Assembly: GCA_947304585.1 (NCBI GenBank)
Contig: CAMZBI010000001.1
Location: 25,501 to 89,500, forward strand
Source of the DNA: an uncultured Clostridia bacterium
Lineage (GTDB): Bacteria; Bacillota; Clostridia; UBA1212
Length of the DNA stretch: 64,000 nucleotides
Direction of reading: 5' to 3'
Position 1 is the first letter of the stretch; each line of letters begins with the position of its first letter. The position numbers and the translations under genes are program-made. The notes below the pieces were generated by a model, which did not search any database, was not told the origin of the DNA, and saw only the letters and a program-made list of their open reading frames with translations. Positions 23,018-33,005 of the stretch are shown here, in pieces.

Positions 23018-24229
23018 ATGGCAAAGCAAAAGTTCGAAAGAACCAAACCCCACGTCAACATCGGAACCATCGGCCACGTTGACCATGGCAAGACAACACT
23101 CACAGCTGCTATTACCAAAGTTCTCAGCTTCACAGACTCCAGCATCGTCGTTAAAGCATACGATCAGATCGACGCTGCTCCCGAGGAGAGACAGAGAGGT
23201 ATTACCATCAACACAGCTCACGTTGAGTATCAGACAGAGAAAAGACACTATGCTCACGTTGACTGCCCCGGACACGCTGACTATGTTAAGAACATGATCA
23301 CCGGCGCAGCTCAGATGGACGGCGCTATCCTTCTCGTTTCAGGTCCCGACGGCCCGCAGGCTCAGACCAGAGAGCACATCCTTCTTGCCCGTCAGGTCGG
23401 TGTTCCTTACATTGTCGTTTTCATGAACAAGTGCGACATGATCGATCCCGGCGACGAAGAGCTCCTCGACCTCTCCGAGATGGAGATCAGAGAACTCCTC
23501 AACCAGTATGACTTCCCGGGCGATGACATTCCGATCATCAGAGGTTCTGCTCTGAAAGCTCTTGAGAGCACAAGCACAGACCCCAACGCTCCCGAGTACG
23601 CATGCATCCACGAGCTCATGGACGCTGTTGACACCTACATTCCCACTCCTGAGAGACCGACCGACAAACCCTTCCTGCTCCCTGTTGAGGACGTATTCAC
23701 CATCACAGGCCGCGGAACAGTTGCTACAGGCCGTCTTGAGAGAGGCACCATCAGAGTTGGCGACGCAGCTGACATCGTAGGACTTAAAGATGAGAAGATG
23801 AGCACAGTCGTTACCGGCGTTGAGATGTTCAGAAAACTCCTCGACCAGGCAGAAGCCGGCGACAACATCGGTGTTCTTCTCCGTGGTATTCAGAGAACTG
23901 ACGTTGAGCGCGGCCAGGTTATCGTAAAACCCGGCACGATCCATCCTCACACCCACTTTAAAGGTCAGGTCTACGTTCTGACCAAAGATGAGGGCGGACG
24001 TCATAAACCCTTCTTCTCCAACTACAGACCTCAGTTCTACTTCAGAACAACTGACGTTACCGGCGTTATCACTCTCCCCCAGGGCGTTGAGATGGTTATG
24101 CCCGGCGACAACATCGAGATGGAAGTTCAGCTCATTACTCCTATCGCTATGGAGCAGGGTCTCCGCTTCGCTATCCGCGAGGGCGGCAGAACAGTCGGAG
24201 CCGGCACGGTTGCTTCGATCATCGAATAA
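23018..24229 (+). CDS. tuf: elongation factor Tu
   Basis: [27 protein letters not shown]; AAAGGAGG RBS. Confidence 0.97.
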   Translation: MAKQKFERTKPHVNIGTIGHVDHGKTTLTAAITKVLSFTDSSIVVKAYDQIDAAPEERQRGITINTAHVEYQTEKRHYAHVDCPGHADYVKNMITGAAQMDGAILLVSGPDGPQAQTREHILLARQVGVPYIVVFMNKCDMIDPGDEELLDLSEMEIRELLNQYDFPGDDIPIIRGSALKALESTSTDPNAPEYACIHELMDAVDTYIPTPERPTDKPFLLPVEDVFTITGRGTVATGRLERGTIRVGDAADIVGLKDEKMSTVVTGVEMFRKLLDQAEAGDNIGVLLRGIQRTDVERGQVIVKPGTIHPHTHFKGQVYVLTKDEGGRHKPFFSNYRPQFYFRTTDVTGVITLPQGVEMVMPGDNIEMEVQLITPIAMEQGLRFAIREGGRTVGAGTVASIIE

Positions 24230-24271
24230 TTAAAACAGATCATCCGCTCATTCGGCGGTGACAGTGAGAAG

Positions 24272-24304
24272 GCGGAGGCCCGGTCCCGGGTTTCCGCTTT
24301 TTTC
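24272..24304 (+). terminator. intrinsic terminator after tuf
   Basis: GCGGAGGCCCGG…CCGGGTTTCCGC hairpin followed by T6. Confidence 0.7.
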
Positions 24305-24404
24305 GTAAAAAACGGCAAATGTATCGGCGGCGCTTTAAAACAAGGCACACCCCGGAAACGGCAAATATGAGCAGATCAGAGGTCTCAACAAATCAAAATA
24401 ACGC

Positions 24405-24434
24405 TTGACGCAAGACGGTAGGAAATGATAAAAT
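24405..24434 (+). promoter_or_regulatory. putative xpt promoter
   Basis: TTGACG-18 bp-TAAAAT. Confidence 0.4.
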
Positions 24435-24466
24435 AATTGTGCTATTTTTTCTCAGCGGAGGTATTC

Positions 24467-25039
24467 GTGAAGGCACTCGAGGAAAAAATTTTGGCGGAAG
24501 GTAAGGTTTGTCCCGGCGACATCTTAAAAGTCGGCGGATTCCTTAACCAAAGGATCGACACAGACTTTATTTTCCAAATGGGCAGCGAGATCTCAAGGCT
24601 CTTCGAAACTGCCCGTGTAACCAAAATTCTCACCGTAGAGGCTTCCGGAATAGCCATCGCTCTTGCAGCGGCACATTATCTCAAGGTGCCCATGGTCTTT
24701 GCGAAAAAGAGCACAGCCAAAAATCTGGGAGACGACGTTTACAAGGCTTCGGTCCACTCCTATACCCACGGGAAGGACTACGAGATCGCCGTAAACACCG
24801 ACTATATCAGCCCCGAGGACCGGGTCCTTCTGATCGACGATTTTTTGGCGACGGGCGAAGCAGCTGAAGGCCTCATTGAGATAGTGAGACAGTCCGGCGC
24901 AGAAATTGCAGGATTCTGTGCGGCGATAGAGAAAGGCTACCAGGGCGGCGGAGATTCTCTGCGCGCTAGGGGAATTCGTGTAGAATCGCTGGCGATTATA
25001 GACGAAATGATAGGCGAAAACATCAGATTCAGATCGTAG
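24467..25039 (+). CDS. xpt: xanthine phosphoribosyltransferase
   Basis: PRTase motif VLLIDDFLATGE; GTG start 7 nt after GGAGG. Confidence 0.88.
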   Translation: MKALEEKILAEGKVCPGDILKVGGFLNQRIDTDFIFQMGSEISRLFETARVTKILTVEASGIAIALAAAHYLKVPMVFAKKSTAKNLGDDVYKASVHSYTHGKDYEIAVNTDYISPEDRVLLIDDFLATGEAAEGLIEIVRQSGAEIAGFCAAIEKGYQGGGDSLRARGIRVESLAIIDEMIGENIRFRS

Positions 25040-25378
25040 CATGCACTTTGCATCGCTGCGCTTTTTTGTTTTTGATGATTTCATAAACCCGCACTTAGCT
25101 GCGGGGCGGTAATCTTTGAAATCGCTTTTGCCCAAAAGGCAGGAGCGGCAAACCAAATATTTTGCCAATATATTTCCGGGGAAACGCAGCCGGATTTCGG
25201 ACAGCTGCGACCGGCCCGGATAGTTTCTACCATGACGCCGAATGTCACGACTATTGGGAAACCCCGTTTCAAGCGATCGAATTGCCGGAGCGGGACGTGT
25301 TGGCAAAAACAGACCCCTTAAAAGGTCTGCTTTTTGTTTGCAGTATACACACGTTATATTCAATATTTGGAGGAAATT

Positions 25379-26569
25379 ATGAAAAGAATTATTGCGATCA
25401 TCGTTGCAATCATTGCCGTATTCGCTTTCGCAGCCTGCGGCCCCACAGAGAAACATGACGTTAAAATCGGTGTGATCTGTCTCCACGACGAGAACTCCAC
25501 CTACGACGCCAACTTCATCAACGCCATCAAAGCAGTCCAGAAATCTCTCGGACTCTCTGACAGCCAGGTCATCATCAGAACCAACGTTGACGAGTCCATC
25601 GACTGCTACAACGCAGCAGCCGAGATGGTCGACGCAGGCTGCAACATCGTTTTTGCAGACAGCTTCGGTCACGAGGACTTCATGATCCAGGCAGCTCAGG
25701 AATTCCCGAACGTTCAGTTCTGCCACGCTACCGGAACCAAGGCTAAAACAGCCGGTCTTTCCAACTTCCACAACGCATTCGCTTCCATCTATGAAGGCCG
25801 TTACCTCGCAGGTATCGCTGCCGGCATGAAGCTCAACGAAATGATCGAGAGCGGCAAGATCACAGCTGACCAGGCCAAGATCGGTTACGTCGGTGCATGG
25901 CCCTATGCAGAAGTTAAATCCGGTTACACCTCCTTCTTCCTCGGCGCAAGATCTGTTTGCCAGAGCGCAACAATGAAGGTCGTTTTCACAATGTCCTGGT
26001 TCGATATCGCCAAAGAGAAAGAGTCCGCTGAGAAACTGATCAACGACGGTTGCGTCCTCATCAGCCAGCACGCTGACTCCGAAGGTGCTCCTAAGGCTTG
26101 CGAAAAAGCAGGTGTTCCGAACATTGCCTACAACATCGACACCGGCGACCTCGGCCCCAACACAGCCATCATCTCCTCGAAGATCGACTGGGAGCCTTAC
26201 TTCAAGCTCATCATCGATGCAGTTGCCAACGGCACAGCTATCCCCACCGACTACTGCGGTGACTTCTCCACCGGTTCCGTTGCTCTTACCGAACTCCACG
26301 AGAACGTTGCAGCAGCAGGCACAAAAGCCGCTATCGAAGCTGCAAAAGCAAAACTGATCTCCGGCGAGATCAAAGTTTTCGACACCAGCAAGTTCACAGT
26401 TGAAGGAAAGACTCTTACCGAATACATTGCCGACGTTATCGACAACGGCGACTATGTTCCCGAGACCAACGTTATCCACGACGGTTACTTCGACGAGTCC
26501 AACGCAAAAGACTTCAGATCTGCTCCTTACTTTGATCTCACCATTGACGGTATCACTGTAGAGCAATAA
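25379..26569 (+). CDS. BMP-family (PnrA/Med-like) ABC substrate-binding lipoprotein
   Basis: Lipobox FAACG after MKRIIAIIVAIIAV; BMP family fold; GGAGG RBS. Confidence 0.85.
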   Translation: MKRIIAIIVAIIAVFAFAACGPTEKHDVKIGVICLHDENSTYDANFINAIKAVQKSLGLSDSQVIIRTNVDESIDCYNAAAEMVDAGCNIVFADSFGHEDFMIQAAQEFPNVQFCHATGTKAKTAGLSNFHNAFASIYEGRYLAGIAAGMKLNEMIESGKITADQAKIGYVGAWPYAEVKSGYTSFFLGARSVCQSATMKVVFTMSWFDIAKEKESAEKLINDGCVLISQHADSEGAPKACEKAGVPNIAYNIDTGDLGPNTAIISSKIDWEPYFKLIIDAVANGTAIPTDYCGDFSTGSVALTELHENVAAAGTKAAIEAAKAKLISGEIKVFDTSKFTVEGKTLTEYIADVIDNGDYVPETNVIHDGYFDESNAKDFRSAPYFDLTIDGITVEQ

Positions 26570-26825
26570 TCACTGACCGACAGGGCGGACGGATCTCTTA
26601 AAGATCCAGCCGCACCCAGACGACCGGCAGGGTGCCGCTGACGAAAAGCGCCCTGCCGGAACCCGGTCCATCGGCTTACTGCGGCTCGGTCCGAAAACGA
26701 CGCCGCAGCAGCGGAATTGAAAACATACGGCGGAAAGCCGTGAGAAGAGACCACCACGGGGGCAAAGCTTCGTGGCTGTTTGTTTTGACGGCTTACACAG
26801 GGAAAACTGCGAAGGAGAACAGAGC

Positions 26826-28356
26826 TTTGGAAAGTGTTGCTATAGAGCTGAGAGGGATCTGCAAGCGGTTCGGCCGGATACAGGCGAACAACAATGTGAA
26901 TCTCACACTGTACCACGGAGAAATACTGTCTCTGCTCGGTGAGAACGGTTCCGGAAAGACCACGCTTATGAACATGATCTCCGGCATCTACTATCCCGAT
27001 GCGGGACAGATTTTTATTAACGGGGAAGAAGTGGTCATCAAGTCGCCAAAGGACGCCTTTGACCATGGAATAGGAATGATCCACCAGCACTTCAAACTCA
27101 TTGACGTGTTTACCGCAACGGAAAACATTGTCCTGGGTCTGGAGGAGAAGGGCCGTTTCGACATAAAAGCCGCCTCCAAAAGGGTCAAGGAACTCTGCGA
27201 CAGGTACGGCTTCATTCTTGATCCCGACAAAAAAATATACGAGATGTCCGTCTCCGAAAAGCAGACCGTTGAGATCATCAAGGTGCTTTACAGAGGCGCC
27301 AATATCCTTATCCTTGACGAGCCCACGGCGGTGCTGACTCCTCAGGAAACCGTAAAGCTGTTCGAAGTCATGCGCAAAATGAAAGAGGACGGCAAGGCCA
27401 TCATAATCATCACCCACAAGCTCAACGAGGTCCTTTCGGTCTCCGACCGTGTCACGGTGCTGAGAAAGGGCGAGACCATCGGCTCCGTCAATACCGCGGA
27501 GGCGACGGCCGAGAGCCTTACGGAGATGATGGTCGGCAAGAAAGTCGTTCTCAACATAGAGCGCACGGATCCTGACAACCCGGAGGACAGGCTTATCATT
27601 GACGGTCTGAACTGCATCAACCGTGAAGGCGTCCAGGTACTCAAAGATATTTCCTTTACCGCAAAAGCGGGAGAGATCCTGGGCATTGCCGGAATCGCAG
27701 GCAGCGGCCAGAGGGAGCTTCTTGAGTCCATTGCCGGACTTCAGCATGTGAACACCGGATCCATCGTCTATATCGATCCTGAAACCGGGAAAGAAAAGAA
27801 ACTCAGAGACATGACCCCAATGCAGATAAGAAGCCTTGGCGTCAGACTTTCCTTCGTGCCTGAGGACAGGCTCGGCATGGGTCTTGTGGGTAACATGGAT
27901 ATTGTCGACAATATGATGCTGAGAAGCTACAGCAAAGGAAAATCCGCATTTTTACAGAAAAAAGAGCCTACAGACCTGGCACAGCAGATAGTGGACAGGC
28001 TGGAAGTGGTGACGCCAAACATCTCCACTCCCGTGAGAAGGCTTTCCGGCGGCAACGTGCAGAAAGTCCTTGTGGGCAGAGAGATATCCTCGGGACCCAC
28101 AGTCCTTATGGTGGCCTATCCCGTGAGAGGTCTTGACATCAACTCCTCCTACCTCATCTACAATCTCCTCAACAAGCAGAAGGAGAACAGGGCGGCGGTC
28201 ATTTTCGTTGGCGAGGACCTGGACGTGCTCATCGCCCTCTGCGACAGGATCATCGTTCTCGGCGGCGGCCGCATCACAGGCGAAGTTGACGCCAGAAACA
28301 CGACAAAAGAACAGATAGGATATCTTATGACAAAATCGGCCGGAGGTGAGGAATGA
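26826..28356 (+). CDS. ABC transporter ATP-binding protein (duplicated NBD)
   Basis: Two Walker A/signature sets (GENGSGKTT…, …LSGGNVQK…). TTG start after AAGGAG; the upstream ORF extension is judged non-coding. Confidence 0.8.
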
Positions 28357-29462
28357 TGGAAGCGAAACCAAAAAAGGAACCTCTGATCCACATAACCAAA
28401 CGTGACGTGATGCCCCTCTGGAAGGCGATACTGGTTAGAGTTATCGCCATTGCCATTGCCCTTGCGGTATCGGCGGGCCTCGTGGTCATCCTGACCCAGA
28501 AGAACCCTTTGGAGATCTTCTCCGCCATGTTCAACGGCAGCTTCGGAACCCCCAGAAAGATCCTCAACATGCTGCAGGACGTGGCAATGCTTCTCTGCAT
28601 CGCATTGGCGGTGACGCCGGCCTTCAGAATGAAATTCTGGAACATCGGAGCCGAGGGACAGGTGCTCATGGGGGCGTTGGCGTCTGCGGCGCTCATGTAT
28701 TTCCTTGGCGGCAGCGGTCTTCCCAACGGGGTGCTGATCCCGATGATGTTCATTGGGTCCCTTGCCGTGGGTATGATCTGGGCGGTGATCCCGGCCATAT
28801 TTAAAGCGATCTGGAACACCAATGAGACCCTGTTCACCCTGATGATGAACTACGTGGCAATGCAGATAATCCAGATTTGCATCGCCAGCTGGGCCACCAG
28901 CGGCTCCGGCGTCATGGGCGTCATCAACCTGAACACCAAGTTGGGCTGGCTCCCGGATCTCTTTGGCCAGAAATACATTCTGAACATAATTTTTGTGGCG
29001 CTGCTCACGGTCTTCGTGTTCATCTACATGAAGTACAGCAAGCAGGGCTACGAGATCGCAGTCGTTGGCGAGAGCGAGAACACCGCCAGGTACATCGGCA
29101 TCAACGTAAAGAAGGTCATCATCAGGACGATGCTCATTTCCGGTGCGATGTGCGGTTTTGCGGGCTTCCTGCTGGTCTCCGGCGCAAGCCATACTATAAC
29201 CAAGGACCTTGCCGGCGGCATGGGCTTTACGGCAATCATGGTCTCCTGGCTTGCCAAGTTCAACCCCGCGATAATGGTGGGCACCTCCTTCCTGCTGGTC
29301 TTCCTCGACAAGGGCGCCAGCAGCATTGCCATGGAGTGCAGGCTTAACGAGAGCGTTGGCGAGATCATCACTGGCATAATCATTTTCTTCATAATCGGCT
29401 GTGAATTCTTCATCAGATACAAGATCAACTTCCGTTCTTCCGGAAAGGAGGCGGCGAAATGA
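28353..29462 (+). CDS. ABC transporter permease
   Basis: Polytopic membrane protein; 4-nt overlap with the ATPase gene. Confidence 0.85.
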   Translation: MMEAKPKKEPLIHITKRDVMPLWKAILVRVIAIAIALAVSAGLVVILTQKNPLEIFSAMFNGSFGTPRKILNMLQDVAMLLCIALAVTPAFRMKFWNIGAEGQVLMGALASAALMYFLGGSGLPNGVLIPMMFIGSLAVGMIWAVIPAIFKAIWNTNETLFTLMMNYVAMQIIQICIASWATSGSGVMGVINLNTKLGWLPDLFGQKYILNIIFVALLTVFVFIYMKYSKQGYEIAVVGESENTARYIGINVKKVIIRTMLISGAMCGFAGFLLVSGASHTITKDLAGGMGFTAIMVSWLAKFNPAIMVGTSFLLVFLDKGASSIAMECRLNESVGEIITGIIIFFIIGCEFFIRYKINFRSSGKEAAK

Positions 29463-30439
29463 CCAAGATAATCCATATTCTGATCGCGGCAATAGTTCAG
29501 GGCATCCCCCTTCTGTTCGGCGCCACAGGTGAGATAATCACCGAAAAGAGCGGCAACCTAAACCTGGGCATACCGGGAATAATGTACGTTGGCGGAATCT
29601 CAGGAATCGTTGGCGGTTACCTCTACGAAAGGGCGACGGACACGCCAAACGGTTTCCTGCTGGTACTGATCCCGCTGCTCTCCTCGCTGCTGGGCTCGCT
29701 GCTGATGTCGCTGATCTACAGTTTTCTGACCATCACCCTCAGGGCGAACCAGAACGTCACGGGACTTGCCCTCACCACCTTCGGTATTGGCGTCGGCAAC
29801 TTCTTCGGCGGCTCCCTCCTCAGTATGTTCGGTGAGACGGGCTCCATTGCCCTCAAGGAAACCGGCAAGGCCTTCAGAACGACGCTGCCCTTTGCCTACT
29901 CCCTTGGTCCTGTCGGCGAGCTATTCTTCTCCTACGGTTTTCTGGCTTACACCGCGATCATCATCGCAGTGGTGGCGGGCATCATATTCAACAAGACCAG
30001 AGTCGGCCTGAACCTTAAGTCGGTGGGCGAAAATCCGGCAACGGCAGACGCTGCAGGCATCAACGTCACAAAGTACAAGTATTTCGCAACCTGCATCGGC
30101 GGCATGATCGCGGGCCTGGGCGGACTCTACTGGGTCATGGACTACACCGACGGCGCCTGGACCAACAACGGTTTCGGCGACAGAGGCTGGCTTGCAATCG
30201 CCATCGTAATTTTCGCGATATGGCGGCCACGCTTGGCAATCCCCAGCGCCTTCCTGTTCGGCGGCCTGTACATCCTCAGCGTGTTCATCCCGGGCCTCAC
30301 CAGCTGGATGAAGGAAGCCATCAACATGCTGCCCTACCTTGTCACCATCATAGTTCTGTGCACCGTGAGCGCGAGAAAGAAGAGGGAAAACCTGCCTCCC
30401 GCAAGCCTGGGCCTGTCCTATTTCCGGGAAGAGCGTTGA
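29459..30439 (+). CDS. ABC transporter permease
   Basis: Second permease; 4-nt overlap with the first. Confidence 0.85.
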   Translation: MTKIIHILIAAIVQGIPLLFGATGEIITEKSGNLNLGIPGIMYVGGISGIVGGYLYERATDTPNGFLLVLIPLLSSLLGSLLMSLIYSFLTITLRANQNVTGLALTTFGIGVGNFFGGSLLSMFGETGSIALKETGKAFRTTLPFAYSLGPVGELFFSYGFLAYTAIIIAVVAGIIFNKTRVGLNLKSVGENPATADAAGINVTKYKYFATCIGGMIAGLGGLYWVMDYTDGAWTNNGFGDRGWLAIAIVIFAIWRPRLAIPSAFLFGGLYILSVFIPGLTSWMKEAINMLPYLVTIIVLCTVSARKKRENLPPASLGLSYFREER

Positions 30440-30462
30440 CTTGAATCAAGACATAATGAAAA

Positions 30463-30498
30463 AGCCTGCGAAGCTTGAAACGGCTGCGCAGGTTTTTT
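30463..30498. terminator. bidirectional terminator between the permease gene and tmcAL
   Basis: CCTGCG…CGCAGG hairpin followed by T6. Confidence 0.5.
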
Positions 30499-30519
30499 AA
30501 TTGTGACGGACTTTTGAGT

Positions 30520-31716
30520 TTAGACCCTTATAAGAGGGGTGGTCAGCTCTTTATGGGCGTTCACGTCGGGTGATCTCATCCCGAGAACGTAATAGTCGGA
30601 GGCCAGGATCTCGAGGCGGAGAATCTCTGCAACTTCAGCGGGAAAAACGTCCGCGTAATTCTTAGGAACGTTGCCAATGATCACAGGACCGCCAATACCG
30701 GAAAGCGTCGAAAGCAGGTCCGGTCTTTCCTTTGAAACGGCCAACACTCTAACGTACGGCACCGTCAGTCTGTCGCCAAGCATATCCGCCGCTGCACCGG
30801 TCAGGACCGAAAGAAGTATCCTGCGTATCCTGCCGGAGGTGAAGGTCCTGCTGGTGGCAAGTTCAACGACTTTCTCCACCGAAGAGGTCCCGCAGGCGGC
30901 GTCGAAGATCTTTGCAGCCAGCCCCTCCGAGGCAAAGGGAAGCCGCGCGACACCCTCGGGTCCCATCTCCCGGATCTTTCCTATTATTAGGGAATTATAT
31001 GACTCTATCGAGGGCACGAAAAAGCCCTTTTCAACAAGGCCCACAAGCAGCTCTGCGCAGGGCCCCGGCATGTATTGGCTGAGTTCGTCAGTGCTTCCGG
31101 CGGCGATCGCCCTTCTGAGAGACGCGGCACTCGTTATCCGGCCCTCGCCCGTGATCTCCGGGTCCCCGTGGTCTGCCTGTCCAACCCTTTTCATGCAATG
31201 AACCTGTATTGGCGAGGACCGCTTGGCAAGGGCAACCAGATATTCGACGCCAAGGGTGTCGTTGGACCCAAGTTCACATCCGTAAAGAGCCGCCAGCGCA
31301 CGGGGATAGGAAAGCCCGCCGTCCATGAGTTTTTTGATCTCTTCGCCAAAACCGTCGCTCAGCTTTTTATCCGCAAGAGACCGCAGAAAAGCCAGATCTC
31401 CCGACTCGCTCCCGAAAACAAGCGCATCGCAAAGACCAGACCGGCACAGGACGTCCACTGCCGCATCTGCAAAAAACTGGGCGCTCTGCTGGGCAAAAAC
31501 CGACGGTATCTCAAGAACGATATCCGCCCCTCCCATAACCGCCATCCGGGCCCGGATCCACTTGTCAACGACCGCCGGCTCGCCCCGCTGGGTGTAATTG
31601 CCGCTCATAACGGCGACAACGGTGTTTCCGCCCCCGCCAAGCCCCTTTGCAAACTCAAAGACTGCCCGGTGCCCGTTGTGAAAAGGATTCAATTCGCAGA
31701 TAACGCCAACATTCAT
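30520..31716 (-). CDS. tmcAL: tRNA(Met) cytidine acetate ligase (YlbM/UPF0348 nucleotidyltransferase)
   Basis: MNVGVICELNPFHNGH HxGH-type motif; start reassigned to MNVGV. Confidence 0.7.
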   Translation of the reverse strand: MNVGVICELNPFHNGHRAVFEFAKGLGGGGNTVVAVMSGNYTQRGEPAVVDKWIRARMAVMGGADIVLEIPSVFAQQSAQFFADAAVDVLCRSGLCDALVFGSESGDLAFLRSLADKKLSDGFGEEIKKLMDGGLSYPRALAALYGCELGSNDTLGVEYLVALAKRSSPIQVHCMKRVGQADHGDPEITGEGRITSAASLRRAIAAGSTDELSQYMPGPCAELLVGLVEKGFFVPSIESYNSLIIGKIREMGPEGVARLPFASEGLAAKIFDAACGTSSVEKVVELATSRTFTSGRIRRILLSVLTGAAADMLGDRLTVPYVRVLAVSKERPDLLSTLSGIGGPVIIGNVPKNYADVFPAEVAEILRLEILASDYYVLGMRSPDVNAHKELTTPLIRV

Positions 31717-31897
31717 TCCCGAAAAGCTCCCAGAAAAATACACGCCAATTGTATCACTGAAGAGGGGCTGCCGCAAGGGATGCGCTTCGCGCAGTGTGCG
31801 CCTGCGGCGCAAACGATTTCACCGAAAGTTCACAACAACTATTCACAAACCGCCGGAAGCGCATGCTTCCCGCGAAGCGAAGAAGAGAACTTCTTCA

Positions 31898-31926
31898 TTG
31901 ACACAAACGCTTCAATATGATACCAT
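31898..31926 (+). promoter_or_regulatory. putative promoter of tRNA-Ala
   Basis: TTGACA-17 bp-TACCAT, about 55 nt upstream of the tRNA. Confidence 0.4.
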
Positions 31927-31983
31927 CTCATCCGCACGGTTGGGAGTTATCTCGACAGACTGCGCAAAGGCTGAAGAAAATAC

Positions 31984-32056
31984 GGGCCTATAGCTCAGTT
32001 GGGAGAGCGCTGCGTTCGCAACGCAGAGGTCATGGGTTCGAATCCCACTAGGTCCA
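31984..32056 (+). tRNA. tRNA-Ala (anticodon CGC)
   Basis: Manual cloverleaf: acceptor GGGCCTA/TAGGTCC with the G3:U70 Ala identity pair, D-arm GCTC-AGTTGGGA-GAGC, anticodon loop TTCGCAA, T-loop TTCGAAT; no encoded CCA. Confidence 0.85.
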
Positions 32057-32415
32057 CAAGACAGAATCAGGGGGGGTAGCCGTCGAGGTTACCCCCCTGA
32101 TTCTGTCTTGAAACAATAGCGTTGGATTCGAACCCGAGGCCCCCGCAAAATCGTCAGATATATTAAATATGGGGTCCCCGTAAAATCGTTAGATTTTGCG
32201 GGGAAGAGGAGCCACAGCGACGCAAACGGAGACTTTCAAGAGAGAAAGAGAGGAAGTTTCTTGAAAGTCGGAGTCCACGTTGCTTGTGGCGACGTGGAGC
32301 CGCAGCGGAGCGATTGAAGTCTTCCAACAAAGGAGAAAAAAAGAAAACCGTATTAAAACAAGAAATAACGGTTTGTTGCCGACTGAATGATGAAACTTCT
32401 GCCGGCTTTTTTATG
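32057..32415 (+). repeat. structured modular repeat, copy A (abuts tRNA-Ala; ends in terminator)
   Basis: 17-bp hairpin immediately after the tRNA; GGGATTCGAACCC; helix CCCCGCAAAATC…GATTTTGCGGGG; GAGGAGCC; GACTTTCAAGA…TCTTGAAAGTC hairpin; terminator TGCCGACTGA…TCAGCCGGCTTTTTT. Confidence 0.7.
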
Positions 32416-32516
32416 CAAAAGCAAACTTTTTGTGGCAAGACAAGACGAAATGAGTTTGGTACAATTTGCAATGTAAAAAATAGCCGGCATTTTTAAGACG
32501 GGAGGTGATTCCGCAA

Positions 32517-33005
32517 ATGAACACAGCTGAAAAAATCATAGCGCTCAGAGCTGAGAGAGGCATTTCGCAGCAGGAACTTGCTGACGCAGTTTTTGTTTCA
32601 CGATCTCTCGTGTCAATGTGGGAGGCGGGAACACGCATTCCGGACAGTTTGAGCGTTGAGAAAATGGCTGCGTTGTTCAATGTAAGTGAGGAGGAGATTT
32701 TGAGCGATAGGAAATACGCTTTTGCGTCGTCGCTTGAGAGGAAACTCATTGGCGATGAGATTGCGGAGTTTACCGATGTTGACAGTTCACCGGGTGACAA
32801 GGAACAGGTAAAAAAGATAATGAACGGGTTCCTTCAAAGCATTGGTGGCGTTGACCGCGAGTTGTTTATGAGTCGATACTTCGAAATGAAAACATGCAAA
32901 GCTATCTCAGAGGAAACGCATATGAACGTTTCTACAGTCAGGTGGAGATTGTCCAAACTGAGAAAGAAGCTTGTGCTTTACGCGAAAAAAGGAGGTAAAA
33001 AATGA
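32517..33005 (+). CDS. XRE-HTH + sigma-70 region 4 fusion regulator (ECF-like)
   Basis: N-terminal Cro/C1 HTH (…RGISQQELADAVFVSRSLVSMWEAG…); C-terminal sigma region 4.2-like (…RELFMSRYFEMKTCKAISEETHMNVSTVRWRLSKLRKKL). GGAGGTG RBS. Confidence 0.65.
   Translation: MNTAEKIIALRAERGISQQELADAVFVSRSLVSMWEAGTRIPDSLSVEKMAALFNVSEEEILSDRKYAFASSLERKLIGDEIAEFTDVDSSPGDKEQVKKIMNGFLQSIGGVDRELFMSRYFEMKTCKAISEETHMNVSTVRWRLSKLRKKLVLYAKKGGKK

Noticed and set aside
24230-24466. Expected purine (G-box) riboswitch upstream of xpt.
   Set aside because: The leader between the promoter and the GTG start is only about 30 nt, and no G-box-like conserved core was seen. xpt appears riboswitch-less here.
24593-26566. 657-aa ORF antisense to xpt and the BMP-family gene. 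Similar long antisense ORFs occur at 13761-14996 (serS), 20858-22438 (fusA), 28158-29492 (permease), 59572-60837 (lipase), 33473-34663 and 7975-8487.
   Set aside because: All lie opposite confidently identified genes in GC-rich DNA, have no RBS or recognisable domains and show biased composition. They are typical high-GC antisense artefacts.
26632-26825. N-terminal extension of the ABC ATPase ORF (574 aa in the track).
   Set aside because: The conserved NBD begins at a TTG preceded by AAGGAG at 26826. The extension is Arg/Ser-rich nonsense overlapping a hairpin (CCGGCAGGG…CCCTGCCGG) that more likely acts as an SBP-ATPase attenuator.
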